Origin: a virus
Virus record (IMG/VR): IMGVR_UViG_3300048914_000231
Span: 32,001-96,000 of that record
Length of the DNA: 64,000 nt
Reading direction: 5' to 3' (one strand)
In this document: positions 25,722 through 35,433 of the stretch, one piece after another
Position numbering within the stretch: position 1 is the stretch's first letter
Layout: the number at the start of each line of letters is the position of its first letter
Program-made: the position numbers and the translations under genes
Notes under the pieces: model-generated
What the model saw: the letters and a program-made list of their open reading frames with translations, nothing else
Databases searched by the model: none
What the model was told of the DNA's origin: nothing

Positions 25722-28700
25722 TTAACCTTTCAATGCGTCCTTCATGCCCGAGCGAAACGGACCCGGGGTGGTTACGGCCGACAGCACCACGTCCAGAACC
25801 ATCTGCTTGCCATCAAAGCGGGCGTTGCCCTGCTGGGCGTTGACCGGCGTGGACGTCTGGTTGATCACGTTGACCTGAACGTTGGCGCCGGCGGCCTGTG
25901 TGCTACCCTTCATCGTCACCGGAATCGAACGTCCGTCCGGCAGCGGGACGTAGGCTTCCGTGCCGGCTTCACCGTAGATCGCGACCTGCGGGCTGTTGGC
26001 CACGCCGCCGTTGGCGTACTTGCGCAACTGCAGCGGCCCCATACTCGTCATGATGCCGCCGTTGGCAAACATGAACTCGGCGACCGAGCCTGCCCCAACG
26101 CTGTTTTCCGCTGCCGTGGCACCGGCGGCCATGTCACCGCCGCCAAACAGGGAGCCCAAAAATCCACCGCCACTCACGCCAGACCCGCTTGTCATCAGCC
26201 GTTCGGCGAACATCTGCAGTGCCGGAATGGCCTGGCTGTAGATCGTGGTGCCCATCTGCATGGAGGCGCTGGCCGTGGTCTCGTCGGCGGTCACACGCTG
26301 GGCCGCCGCGGCCGTGGCCGCAACATCGCTGGCGCCCGTTTTGGCCATGCCGAACACGTTGGTCTTGAGCCAGTCGCCGCCGGCATCGGACAATTGTCTG
26401 AGCGGCTCGGCCAGCGCCTGTTTCAGTTTGGCCGAAGCGATCTCCATCAGCATTTTCTTGATGAAGTCCTTGACCGCCAGATGACCGGTATTGAGCGAGT
26501 CCACGATCATGCTGACAAAGCTGTCGGCCGCGTTGGCGCCAATCTGGTCGACCGCTCTGCCGACGTCCTGCCATTCGCGCGCCATTCTGGCGGTCGCGGA
26601 CTCCATCTGGCGCGCTTCCTGTTCCGCGCGCAGCCGGCGGCGCTCGTTATAGATGCGGTCGGTGTTGTCGCGGTCGCGCTGGTAATCCTCGTCGATGGCC
26701 AGCAGCATTTCGGTGCGCTGCTCCTCGGTCTCGATGCCGGATTCCTTGCCCAGTGTGGCGCCCGCGATCAGGCTGCGCTCCCTGGCGTACGTATCGTCCA
26801 GCGTCTTTTTGCGCATGTTCAGCTGCGCATCCTCGGCCGCGCGCTCGGCTTCCAGACGCAGGCGAATGCGCTCGCGCTCGGTATCGGCCAGTTCGGCCTT
26901 CGACTGGCGGTTCTTGTCCAGGTAGCCCAGCGCGAACGTATTGTTGTCGGCGCGCGCCTGGTTGAACAGGGCCATCCCCTTGGCGATATTCCACTTTTCG
27001 AACGCACTGGTGCCGGCGCCAAGACGCTGTTCGGCACGCTGCAGCTCCTTGTTCAATGCCTTGAATGCGTCGGTCTGCTTGGCGAGACCGCCATTTTCCA
27101 GCGTATTCATCGCTGAATTGGCTTCGTAGAGGGACGCAGCGACACGCTCGTTGGCAAACGTCACGGCCTTGATCTGCTCGTTGTAGAGCATGGCCTGATA
27201 GGTCTCATCCTTCAGCTGCCTGATTTTCGGATCGTCCGCGGCCGGATTCTTCGTCTTGTCGTGGTTGACCGAATAGTCGCCCGCCTTGCGCTTGCCCTCG
27301 ACCAGATCGATCGCCTCCTGGCGCAGGGTCTCCAGCGTCTCGCCGCCGGCCACCAGCGCATCCAGCTTGGTCTTGGCGGCGTTCATCTTGCCCTGTTCCT
27401 CATACAGGGCTTCGTTCAGCGGATCGCGGTCGCCGCGGCGCTTGCCGCTGGTGGCCGCGGCATTGTCGATGCGCGCGGTCAGTTTGTCGTTCGGCTTGTC
27501 CTTGGGTTCGGCGACTTTTTGCTCGACGCGCTTGTCCGGGGTCAGCCTGACCGGCTGGCGCTTCTTGCTCTCTTCCGTGATCAGGGTTGCATCGTAGCGA
27601 TGCTCGTTGATTGCCGAACGCCTGTCGATGTCGGCTTTCTTGCCGGCGTACTCCTCGTCGCTGTCCAGGTGTACCAGATGGCGTGCCCAGGCCATCAGAC
27701 CTTCGCCGCCCAGCGTCAGGCGACGCCAGTTCGCGATGATGTGGGTGATGGCGTTATCGATGCGCTCGCCGATCGTCAGCGTCATCGTACCGAACAGGTC
27801 GAACGAATCGAGCCAGTTGCCGATCACCGTGCCGATGTCAAACGCCAGCACGACGAGGCCAAACACCTTGAACACCTTGGTCAGCGCGGCAAAGGCGCTA
27901 CCGATGAGGCCGACACTACCGGCCGCGGCCGGGCCGACGCCAATCAGCGAGCGCAGCACACCCATCAGGCCGGTGGCACCGAACATCGACATGAAGCCCT
28001 TGACCGACAGCACGACACCGGCGAAGCCGGCACCGATCACGGACAGGGTCGCGGCCACCTGGTTGTTCTGGCCAAACTCGCGAAACATCATCACGACACG
28101 GCTGCCGAACTCCAGCAGCTTGGTCAGGGCCGGCAGGATCGTATCGCCGACGATGACCTTGAAATTGGTCAGCTGGGCGTTGAACTTCTGCATGTTGGCC
28201 GCGTAGCTGCCACCCAGGCGCTCGGCGGTCTTGTTGACGCCGTCGGCGCTGTTGATGGTTTGCGACTGGTGTTCAAGGCGCTCGCGCGCGGCTGGCGTGC
28301 CCACGGCGGTGACGGCGGTGACGGCCGACTGCGTGATGCCCAGGCGCTGCAGATACTGCTGGACCGCCAGCATCTGGTCCTGAACATTGTTCGGATCCAT
28401 GCCGTTCTTGTAGAAGCGCGCGCGGTTCTTCTGCGTGTAGGCGACGATCTGCGGCACCATGTCCTGAATCGCACGCACCGGGTCGCGCAGCCACAGATCG
28501 ACGTTCTTGAAGCTGCCGTTCTTGGCGTCCTTGAGCACGCCGGCGTCATCCTTCGACAGGTCCAGGCCGCTCTCGTCGAGAATGCCGGCGCCGATCGTTT
28601 CCTGAACCGCCTTGTTCGACTTGGTCTTGCCGGTGGCATAGGCCTGCATCATCTTGATGATGGTGCCGACGGTCGACACGCCGCCGCCCGAGCCGCCATC

Positions 28701-30275
28701 GCCGCCCGAGACCTTGAACTGGTCGATCAGGCCGACGAGATTGACCAGGCCTGCATCCGACAGCATGTTGGCGCCCGAGCCGACGCGACGCAGTGCGTTT
28801 TCCATGTCGGCCAGGTTGACCTTGCCGGCGGTGCCGATCATCGACTTGTTGAGCACGTCGAAGGTCTTGAGCATCGCGTCCGGATCGGCCGTCTGCTGGC
28901 GCATTTCGGTCACGCCGTAGATGTTGCGCAGCGTGGACTGCAGGTCGCCGTGGCCGGCGCCGAGCAGCTCCATGTTGTTGGCGGCCGAGATCGCGGCCGG
29001 CAGGGTCGCGTCGATCACGCTTTCGTGGTTGTAGCCGAGCGACGAGATCGCCGACATCTTCGACTTGATCGCGTCCTTGGTCGAAACGACCCCCAGCTGG
29101 TCGCTGATCCTTTGCGCGTCCGCAAACAGCTTGTCTTCCTGAACCTTGGGCAGGTTCAGCGCCTGCACCATGATGCGCGCGCGCTGGTCATCGTCGGCCT
29201 CGCCGACCGACCTGCCGATACCCTGCTCGATCTTGGCGCCGGCATACATCTGCGCCATGCCGCGCCACATGTCGGCGATCATCTTGGCCTGGGCACGCTG
29301 TTCTTCCAGTTCCTGACGCTGGATGCGACGACGTTCTGCCGACGCCTCGCGCGCGGCGCGCAGGCGTTCTGCCTCCGCCTGACGGGCGGCGCGGACCTTT
29401 TCGGCCTCCGCCGTGCGCACGTCGCGCGCCTCTTCTTCGGCGTAGACCTTTTTCTGGCGCGCGAAGTCGGCAGCATTCTTGGCGGCGTCGCGCGCGGCCT
29501 GGGCTTCGCGCCGCGCGGCCATTTCACGAATGCGCGCGATTTCCGCGTCGTTACCCTTGCCGACGGCTTTCGACACCCGGTCCATCTGCAGTTTGGCTTC
29601 AACGTTGCGCAGAATCGCCTGACGCTCGGCATCCAGCGACGAGATCGAGGAAATGCGCGCGGCCTGGGCCGTGCGGGTGCTGGCGATCAGGGCGTCGGTG
29701 GCGGCGATTTCGCGCCGTACCAGTTCGGCGTTCGCGTTCAGGCGTGCAGCCTCGCCCTCGTAGCCGGTAGCGGTGGCGCCGGAACCAGCCTTCTTGCTGC
29801 GACGCGCCTTTTCGGCGGCCAGTTCCGCGGCCATTGCCTCGGCGCGCATCTGCGACTCCAGCTTGCGCAGTTCGGCATGGGTCTTGATGCGCGAATCGAG
29901 CAGCTTCTTGTTGGAGTCGATTTCGTTTTCGAGCACCTTGAGCTTGGCGTCAATCTGCGCGGTCGCGGCAGCCTTGGCCTGGGTCGCGGCGTCCTTGACG
30001 CCCTTGCTGATGCTGGACATGCCACCCAGCAGATTTTTCTGCAACGACTCGACGGTCGTTGCCAGCGATTTGGACAGCGAGGCGAAGCCGTTGGCGAAGC
30101 CGGACATGCCGCTGGACATATCCTTCAGGCCGCCTTCAACCTTGCTGGTGGATTTGGTAAGGCCGTCCAGCTGACCGGACAGGCCTTTCACCTCTTCCTG
30201 ATTCTTGCGGACCTTGACGCTGAATCCGCTGTCGTCCATCGAGAGAACGACCTTGATTTCCTTACCGATCGGCAT
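25722..30275 (-). CDS. Tail tape measure protein
   Basis: 1517 aa, helical, TM region, FANGG...GEAGTEAYVPL C-terminus. Confidence 0.9.
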   Translation of the reverse strand: MPIGKEIKVVLSMDDSGFSVKVRKNQEEVKGLSGQLDGLTKSTSKVEGGLKDMSSGMSGFANGFASLSKSLATTVESLQKNLLGGMSSISKGVKDAATQAKAAATAQIDAKLKVLENEIDSNKKLLDSRIKTHAELRKLESQMRAEAMAAELAAEKARRSKKAGSGATATGYEGEAARLNANAELVRREIAATDALIASTRTAQAARISSISSLDAERQAILRNVEAKLQMDRVSKAVGKGNDAEIARIREMAARREAQAARDAAKNAADFARQKKVYAEEEARDVRTAEAEKVRAARQAEAERLRAAREASAERRRIQRQELEEQRAQAKMIADMWRGMAQMYAGAKIEQGIGRSVGEADDDQRARIMVQALNLPKVQEDKLFADAQRISDQLGVVSTKDAIKSKMSAISSLGYNHESVIDATLPAAISAANNMELLGAGHGDLQSTLRNIYGVTEMRQQTADPDAMLKTFDVLNKSMIGTAGKVNLADMENALRRVGSGANMLSDAGLVNLVGLIDQFKVSGGDGGSGGGVSTVGTIIKMMQAYATGKTKSNKAVQETIGAGILDESGLDLSKDDAGVLKDAKNGSFKNVDLWLRDPVRAIQDMVPQIVAYTQKNRARFYKNGMDPNNVQDQMLAVQQYLQRLGITQSAVTAVTAVGTPAARERLEHQSQTINSADGVNKTAERLGGSYAANMQKFNAQLTNFKVIVGDTILPALTKLLEFGSRVVMMFREFGQNNQVAATLSVIGAGFAGVVLSVKGFMSMFGATGLMGVLRSLIGVGPAAAGSVGLIGSAFAALTKVFKVFGLVVLAFDIGTVIGNWLDSFDLFGTMTLTIGERIDNAITHIIANWRRLTLGGEGLMAWARHLVHLDSDEEYAGKKADIDRRSAINEHRYDATLITEESKKRQPVRLTPDKRVEQKVAEPKDKPNDKLTARIDNAAATSGKRRGDRDPLNEALYEEQGKMNAAKTKLDALVAGGETLETLRQEAIDLVEGKRKAGDYSVNHDKTKNPAADDPKIRQLKDETYQAMLYNEQIKAVTFANERVAASLYEANSAMNTLENGGLAKQTDAFKALNKELQRAEQRLGAGTSAFEKWNIAKGMALFNQARADNNTFALGYLDKNRQSKAELADTERERIRLRLEAERAAEDAQLNMRKKTLDDTYARERSLIAGATLGKESGIETEEQRTEMLLAIDEDYQRDRDNTDRIYNERRRLRAEQEARQMESATARMAREWQDVGRAVDQIGANAADSFVSMIVDSLNTGHLAVKDFIKKMLMEIASAKLKQALAEPLRQLSDAGGDWLKTNVFGMAKTGASDVAATAAAAQRVTADETTASASMQMGTTIYSQAIPALQMFAERLMTSGSGVSGGGFLGSLFGGGDMAAGATAAENSVGAGSVAEFMFANGGIMTSMGPLQLRKYANGGVANSPQVAIYGEAGTEAYVPLPDGRSIPVTMKGSTQAAGANVQVNVINQTSTPVNAQQGNARFDGKQMVLDVVLSAVTTPGPFRSGMKDALKG

Positions 30276-30290
30276 GCCTACCTCAAAAAG

Positions 30291-30637
30291 TTACTGGCCT
30301 GTGTTCTGGCCCGCCATCCTCTTGAGTTCGGCGAACCCATCTTCGTCGCGACGTGCGAGCATTGGATTGACCTCGTCATCCATGCGCACGATGGTGCCGG
30401 CTTCCAGCACCAGAGCCTGCCTGAGAGTCGCAACATTCTCCGGCGTGCCTTGTGAAACCATACTGAGCGTCAGACGCCGCTGATCGTCCCTGGCTTCGAT
30501 TCGGTCGATGTTCCGGTTCATGGCCCAGAACGTTTTCAGGGGCAGTGCGCGGATTGCGTCAAACCCCATGCCGTAGTAACCCATCACCCGACAGAAGAAG
30601 AACCCGAAATCGAGCTCCTCTACCTGCCGGTCTTCTA
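30291..30637 (-). CDS. Tail assembly chaperone, C-terminal (gpT-like) frame reached by -1 frameshift
   Basis: Open -1 frame from slippery site: VEDRQVEELDFGFFFCRVMGYYG... Confidence 0.75.
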
Positions 30638-30949
30638 CTTTCCCGCTTCGTCGGCGACTTCCTCGGCGCCCTCGACATCGGCACCGCGCACGAATTCGGC
30701 GATCTGGTTGAGTTGCTCCAGCGTATATTTCCTCAGCTTCTCTTCCTTGAGCGTCGGCACCAGGCGCAGGATGGTCTTGACCGTGAAGCGCACCTGCGCT
30801 TCGACATCCTCGTGATCCATGGCCTTGACCGCCATCGTGGTCTCGATGAACGCATCGACGTCGATGCTGTTGATGGCGTGATCGACGCCGTCGACCTTCA
30901 GGAAGCGGCCCGTGGCGGGAGTGAATTTGTCCAGGTCGAGAAATTTCAT
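30635..30949 (-). CDS. Tail assembly chaperone (gpG-like)
   Basis: Between major tail and tape measure genes; ends GCG GGA AAG TAG. Confidence 0.8.
   Translation of the reverse strand: MKFLDLDKFTPATGRFLKVDGVDHAINSIDVDAFIETTMAVKAMDHEDVEAQVRFTVKTILRLVPTLKEEKLRKYTLEQLNQIAEFVRGADVEGAEEVADEAGK
30638..30644 (-). other. Programmed -1 ribosomal frameshift site GGGAAAG
   Basis: Same heptamer as lambda G/GT, just before the stop; -1 frame is open into the downstream ORF. Confidence 0.85.
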
Positions 30950-31007
30950 GATGTCTCCTTGGGAGGATCAGCCCCGCCAGGGAGGCGGGGCTTGGGTTGC
31001 CGGCCGG

Positions 31008-31850
31008 TTACTGGCCGATGTAGAACAGCTTGTTGGTGGTCGGGTCCGGGTAGGCCTTGAACTCGGCGTTGAACACGCGCTCGTCTTCCAGCTTGTACGC
31101 GAACGTCAGTGCGCCCGACGAAGCGGCCAGCGGAATGACAAAGTCGTCCGACTTGTCGTTGTCGGCCTTGCCCAGCGGGTGCAGGCGCAGTTCCTTGGCG
31201 ATCGACAGCAGGTCGATGCCGATACCGGTCGACACGTCCACGCGCGCGGCGGTGACGGCAGTGCCGCCCGACAGGGTGGCGCCAGACACGGTGACCGATG
31301 CGCCGGCGGTGCCGGTTGCGATCGTGAAGGCGTTGCCGGCGGTGCCGCGCAGGTCGTAGGTCACGGTGACGATGTTGGCTGCAGCGACGTAGTTGGCCAG
31401 GGCGATGGCCGGCACGCTCGACGCGTTCAGCACGGTGGCCAGGTTGGCTGCGGTGACGGCGGTGGTGCCGCCGATGGTGACGTCCAGCGGGCCGGCGGCG
31501 GCGGTCTTGAACGTGACCGTCTGGCCGTTGATCGTGATCGTCTGGCCGTTGGTCGGCTGGGTCGCGATGGTGACGGTGCCGGTTGCGAACACGCCGTCCG
31601 AGGTCAGGGTTGCGCCCGGCATCGTGGCCACGAGGTTGTCCAGCGTGGTTTCAGCCAGCGGGGCCTTCACGGTGCACTGGCGGCCCATGATGTATTCGTT
31701 GATCGGGGTCTTGCCGAACTGGTCGACGTTGACCTCGTGGGTGTCGGTTTTCACCTCCACCTCGACGCCACCCTTGGTGTAGCCGAGATCCGTTCCGTTG
31801 AACAGAACGCGGCACACGCCAAGCTTGACGTTTTTAGTATCGCTTGCCAT
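31008..31850 (-). CDS. Major tail tube protein with inserted accessory domain
   Basis: DLGYTKGGVEVEV, VDQFGKTP, PLAETTL motifs; position. Confidence 0.85.
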   Translation of the reverse strand: MASDTKNVKLGVCRVLFNGTDLGYTKGGVEVEVKTDTHEVNVDQFGKTPINEYIMGRQCTVKAPLAETTLDNLVATMPGATLTSDGVFATGTVTIATQPTNGQTITINGQTVTFKTAAAGPLDVTIGGTTAVTAANLATVLNASSVPAIALANYVAAANIVTVTYDLRGTAGNAFTIATGTAGASVTVSGATLSGGTAVTAARVDVSTGIGIDLLSIAKELRLHPLGKADNDKSDDFVIPLAASSGALTFAYKLEDERVFNAEFKAYPDPTTNKLFYIGQ

Positions 31851-31874
31851 CTAAAACTCCTTTGCAAAGGTATA

Positions 31875-31888
31875 AGTCAGTACTGACT
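31875..31888. promoter_or_regulatory. Operator copy 7 (major tail)
   Basis: AGTCA-GTAC-TGACT. Confidence 0.8.
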
Positions 31889-31919
31889 GACGGAATATAT
31901 CACAAAAGTGGACAGTTTC

Positions 31920-32396
31920 CTACATGAAGTCACGCAGAATGTCCACCAGTTCCGCATCAATGGTGGCGTCGATTTCCGCTTCCACCGCACGGTCCATGAA
32001 AGCACCACCAACCTGCACGTCGACGGTTTCCTGCTTCAGGCGCGACCGGTCGCCCAGCTGCATCAGGCCGGCCGGCTCCAGGTGCTCGTGAATCTCGTAG
32101 GCGTAGTCGCCCACGGTATGGCCGGGCCGCTCCGGCACTTCCATGTCGGTGTCGATGTAGACCTCGACTTCGGAGCGCTGAAAACGACCAAAGGCGTCGC
32201 GCTCGCGCCCGCCGTCGCCGCGCACCTTGATCGCCGCTTCCAGGTTGCCGTGTTCTTCCGGCGCCATCTTGCGCGCGGTGTCGCGAATCCTGTAGGCGCG
32301 CCTGATCAGGACATTCATCACGCGGCGCTTGGCGGTGGTGTCCAGGCGGATGAACATCTGCCCGGCCGATACGAGGCCTTCGATCTTCACCGGCAT
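31920..32396 (-). CDS. Tail completion protein (HK97 gp10-like)
   Basis: MAPEEHGNLE, YAYEIHE, GAFMDRA; start re-called. Confidence 0.7.
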   Translation of the reverse strand: MPVKIEGLVSAGQMFIRLDTTAKRRVMNVLIRRAYRIRDTARKMAPEEHGNLEAAIKVRGDGGRERDAFGRFQRSEVEVYIDTDMEVPERPGHTVGDYAYEIHEHLEPAGLMQLGDRSRLKQETVDVQVGGAFMDRAVEAEIDATIDAELVDILRDFM

Positions 32397-32398
32397 GG

Positions 32399-32785
32399 TC
32401 ACTCCTTCACGAAGCAGCAATCGAACATCAGGTTGAATTCGATCAGGTTGCCTTTCGAGAGCGGGAATGGCGTCGGCTCGGTACGCGGGCGGCAATAGTT
32501 GAAGAAATGGTTTTCGACCTGCGTTTCCATCATGGTCAGGGCGCTCATGATGTCGCGCGTCAGTTCCTCGCCGGTGTCGAAGCTGGCCGCCGGCACGCGC
32601 ACGATCAGCTGGAATTCGGTCTTGAAGAAGCCCGGCAGTTCGTAGTTGATCGCGGTGCCGGTCAGCGGCGTGCGCAGCAGGACGGCTTTCTCCGCCTCGG
32701 CCGGCATCATGTGCACGAACAGGTCGGTGCCCTGCGTGCCCAGGCCCCTGTCCTGCAGCAGGTTAGCAAGCGGCATCAGGTTCAT
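32399..32785 (-). CDS. Tail terminator / neck protein
   Basis: GTDLFVHMMP, FQLIVR; position. Confidence 0.65.
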   Translation of the reverse strand: MNLMPLANLLQDRGLGTQGTDLFVHMMPAEAEKAVLLRTPLTGTAINYELPGFFKTEFQLIVRVPAASFDTGEELTRDIMSALTMMETQVENHFFNYCRPRTEPTPFPLSKGNLIEFNLMFDCCFVKE

Positions 32786-33132
32786 TCTTTACCCCACATG
32801 GTGGCGTTGATCTCGTAATGATCCAGGCGCATGTCGACATCGAAACGCGGCTGCCGGCCGGTGATGCGCAGCTTGTAACCGGCCACGATGATGATGTCGT
32901 CGATCTGCGCGCGCGTGCTGGCGCCCAGCAGGATCACCGACTGCGCCTCCATTTCCTGCGCGGTGCCGCGCGAGGCAGACGAGTCGGCGCGCACGCTGGA
33001 CTTTTCATTGCTGATGACAAGCTTGACCACGGCGCACTTCTCGCCCACCAGCGGGCCCGGGATGGGCTGGCCGCGCACGTCGTTCTTGCCGGAGGCCAGC
33101 TGGATCTTACAGGGTAGGGTTGGTCGGAACAT
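32782..33132 (-). CDS. Head-tail adaptor/stopper
   Basis: DVRGQP...LDHYEI; start re-called at MFRPT. Confidence 0.65.
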   Translation of the reverse strand: MFRPTLPCKIQLASGKNDVRGQPIPGPLVGEKCAVVKLVISNEKSSVRADSSASRGTAQEMEAQSVILLGASTRAQIDDIIIVAGYKLRITGRQPRFDVDMRLDHYEINATMWGKE

Positions 33133-33769
33133 GGGTCTGAATCCTTGCACTGCCATTGACGTGGAAAATCTGCCTGCGGCCGGCAACCGCTTCGGCCAGG
33201 TCGAGCACCGTATTGCGCGCCGGATCGGCGTACACGACGGCGACCCTGTCAGCCCCGAGCGCCGCAGCGCGCGCCAGCATGACATCGACATAGGTCTGGT
33301 AGGCGAAGTCGCGTGCCAGCAGCGACACCAGCTTGGCGGCATCCCATGCGCGGCCGGCGCTGTCGCGCGCGGTGAAGTGCGGCCGGCTCATCTTCTGCTG
33401 CAGCAGCAGGCCGACGGCGCCGGCCGGCTGGGTGAGCAAATCGGCGGGACGCTGCAGCCCGAGGCCCATCATGCGCACGATCAGGTCGTTCAGGTTCTTG
33501 ACCGCGATACGCTGCAAATCAGCCCGCCAGTACGTCTCACGCTCGCCCACGCCCGATCCATCGGGCAGTTCGTTGAGGTAGCGCCCGGTCATCGCATGGA
33601 CGCTGTTCATGAGCGTGTCGAGCAGCCCCAGACCGCGCTGGCGCAGTTCGGTAACGGCGTCAGGGCCGCGGCCGGCGGCCTTGAATCCAAGGTACGTGCC
33701 GGTCAGCGCCAGCACGTACACGTCATAGGCGGCGCGCACTTCGGCGCCGTACTGGTCATGGTTCATCAT
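33107..33769 (-). CDS. Putative minor capsid/morphogenesis protein
   Basis: DSAGRAW and IFHVN motifs; position in neck cluster. Confidence 0.5.
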   Translation of the reverse strand: MMNHDQYGAEVRAAYDVYVLALTGTYLGFKAAGRGPDAVTELRQRGLGLLDTLMNSVHAMTGRYLNELPDGSGVGERETYWRADLQRIAVKNLNDLIVRMMGLGLQRPADLLTQPAGAVGLLLQQKMSRPHFTARDSAGRAWDAAKLVSLLARDFAYQTYVDVMLARAAALGADRVAVVYADPARNTVLDLAEAVAGRRQIFHVNGSARIQTHVPTNPTL

Positions 33770-34593
33770 GCGCGCGCGATCATCAGGGCAAACGAGACGT
33801 AGCCGGACAGGTAGCGCAGCGCCGCGCGCGACACCGGCAGGTCGAGCGGCTTGCCTTGACGGAACATCTGGCGTGATTCGCCGATATTGTCCTGAATCAG
33901 GCCGTCGCGACGTTTCTGGTCGATGGTCGAGCCGCCGAGGATTTCGTTGGCTTCGCACAGCTGGGCGTTGCGCAGCGCCGCCATGAACTCGACCGGCAGG
34001 TTCTGGTACTGGTCCGGACGCAGCAGTGACAGGTCGCCGGCGATCCCGTTACCGCCGATCCAGCTGGTGTCGCGCGACCCCTCGAAGCCATAAAACAGGC
34101 TGGACTGGTCGCGGTAACGGTCGATGTCGGTAAAGCGCAGGCGCAACACGCGGCGCCAGGCTTCGACCAGCGCCCGAATGCGGCCCTGCTCGTCGGCGCC
34201 ATCCCAGCCGTCCAGACCAGGCATGGTCAGGGCGACGAACTGGGCCTGCACATAGCTCATGAACGAATTGACGCCCATGAGCAGGGCCTCGTTCGCCTGG
34301 ATCGCGTAGAACGCCGTCTTGCGCACCGTATTGCCGCCGACTTCGCAGTCGAGCATGACCTGACGCATGTCCTGGGTCTGGCCGGCGGCCAGGGCGTTCT
34401 TTTCCGCCGGCACGACGACGACGGCCGTCTCGGAGTCCGGCACGAAGTCCGCGAGCGGGGTCGGCGGAATGATCTCGACGCCATTGACGTCGATGACGCT
34501 GTAGCTGATGGAAGTGACCGCCAGGGCGTTGCCGTCCTTGTCGGTCAGCGGCACCTCCAGCGATACGTCTGTGTTGGCGGAAAAGATGTCCAT
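33766..34593 (-). CDS. Head-tail connector protein
   Basis: VNSFMSY, RALVEA, AQLCEA, IGES motifs. Confidence 0.65.
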   Translation of the reverse strand: MDIFSANTDVSLEVPLTDKDGNALAVTSISYSVIDVNGVEIIPPTPLADFVPDSETAVVVVPAEKNALAAGQTQDMRQVMLDCEVGGNTVRKTAFYAIQANEALLMGVNSFMSYVQAQFVALTMPGLDGWDGADEQGRIRALVEAWRRVLRLRFTDIDRYRDQSSLFYGFEGSRDTSWIGGNGIAGDLSLLRPDQYQNLPVEFMAALRNAQLCEANEILGGSTIDQKRRDGLIQDNIGESRQMFRQGKPLDLPVSRAALRYLSGYVSFALMIARA

Positions 34594-34596
34594 CGA

Positions 34597-35031
34597 TTAA
34601 CCCTGTTTGGCGAGGATGTCGTCGATCAGGCCGGTGACGGAATTGTTCTTGACGCCGATGGCGTCACCGATGGCGCGCAACCCCTTGATGCCCTGCTTGT
34701 CGGCGATGTCTTCCAGTTCGGCGCGGCCGTACTTCTTGGCCGCCATCGCGAATGCGCTTTCCTGCGCCTGGTTGGCATTGATGATCATGGCCAGCGCCTC
34801 GTCGGCGTTGATCTCGCGCGGCATGTTGGACAGGTTGCTGTGCGAATGGTCCAGCAGCGACTGGGCCACAGACGCGGTTGTGCCGTCTTCCCACTCGCAC
34901 AGAAACTGCGCGGCCAGACGTACGGCATCCTGCGGGCGCACGTCGGCGGTGGACAGACCGTCGACGAAGAACGTCGTGCCCATCTGGCCGGTGTAGGTAT
35001 CGAAGCCCGGCTGGGTGAGGCGAATTTTCAT
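34597..35031 (-). CDS. Capsid-associated protein (paralogue A)
   Basis: Starts MKIRLTQPGF; helical LEM/HeH-like C-terminus. Confidence 0.6.
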   Translation of the reverse strand: MKIRLTQPGFDTYTGQMGTTFFVDGLSTADVRPQDAVRLAAQFLCEWEDGTTASVAQSLLDHSHSNLSNMPREINADEALAMIINANQAQESAFAMAAKKYGRAELEDIADKQGIKGLRAIGDAIGVKNNSVTGLIDDILAKQG

Positions 35032-35040
35032 GACTGCTCC

Positions 35041-35355
35041 TTATACGGGGTCGGCTTCCGGCGTGCCTGGCGGCTGGTCGACCGGTTCGACGTCGGTGTT
35101 GTCGGTGTTGGCGGGTGCGGGTTCATTGGCCACGTCCGGGTCGCCGGTGGTGTCGCGCACCACGATGGAAGGGTCGGTAACGTCGAACTGACCCACGTCG
35201 ATATCGTCCTCGACACGGTCGCACTGGATCAGGTTGGCGATGCCGGCGGCGGTTTCGATACTCACTTCGTCATCGGACAGTCCGTTGGTGAAGGTCAGGC
35301 TGCCAAAGAGGCCGGTGAAGCTTTCGTAGCCGGGCTGGGTAAGGCGAATTTTCAT
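35041..35355 (-). CDS. Capsid-associated protein (paralogue B)
   Basis: Starts MKIRLTQPGY; acidic C-terminus. Confidence 0.6.
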   Translation of the reverse strand: MKIRLTQPGYESFTGLFGSLTFTNGLSDDEVSIETAAGIANLIQCDRVEDDIDVGQFDVTDPSIVVRDTTGDPDVANEPAPANTDNTDVEPVDQPPGTPEADPV

Positions 35356-35372
35356 CTTGTCCTCTGGATGTG

Positions 35373-35398
35373 AAAAAGGCGGGCCGAAGCCCGCCTTT
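35373..35398 (-). terminator. Intrinsic terminator after major capsid gene
   Basis: AAAGGCGGGC-ttcg-GCCCGCCTTTTT on minus strand. Confidence 0.85.
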
Positions 35399-35405
35399 CA
35401 TTCTA

Positions 35406-35419
35406 AATCAGTGCTGACT
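35406..35419. promoter_or_regulatory. Operator copy 8
   Basis: AATCA-GTGC-TGACT within TTGCTG-17-TAGAAT. Confidence 0.75.
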
Positions 35420-35433
35420 TAGCAGCAACCGCG

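Noticed and set aside
27261-30455. 1064-aa plus-strand ORF, and similar long antisense ORFs (e.g. 14307-16184, 35590-37419, 37445-39148, 46071-47708)
   Set aside because: Antisense shadows of real genes in high-GC DNA; no motifs or RBS
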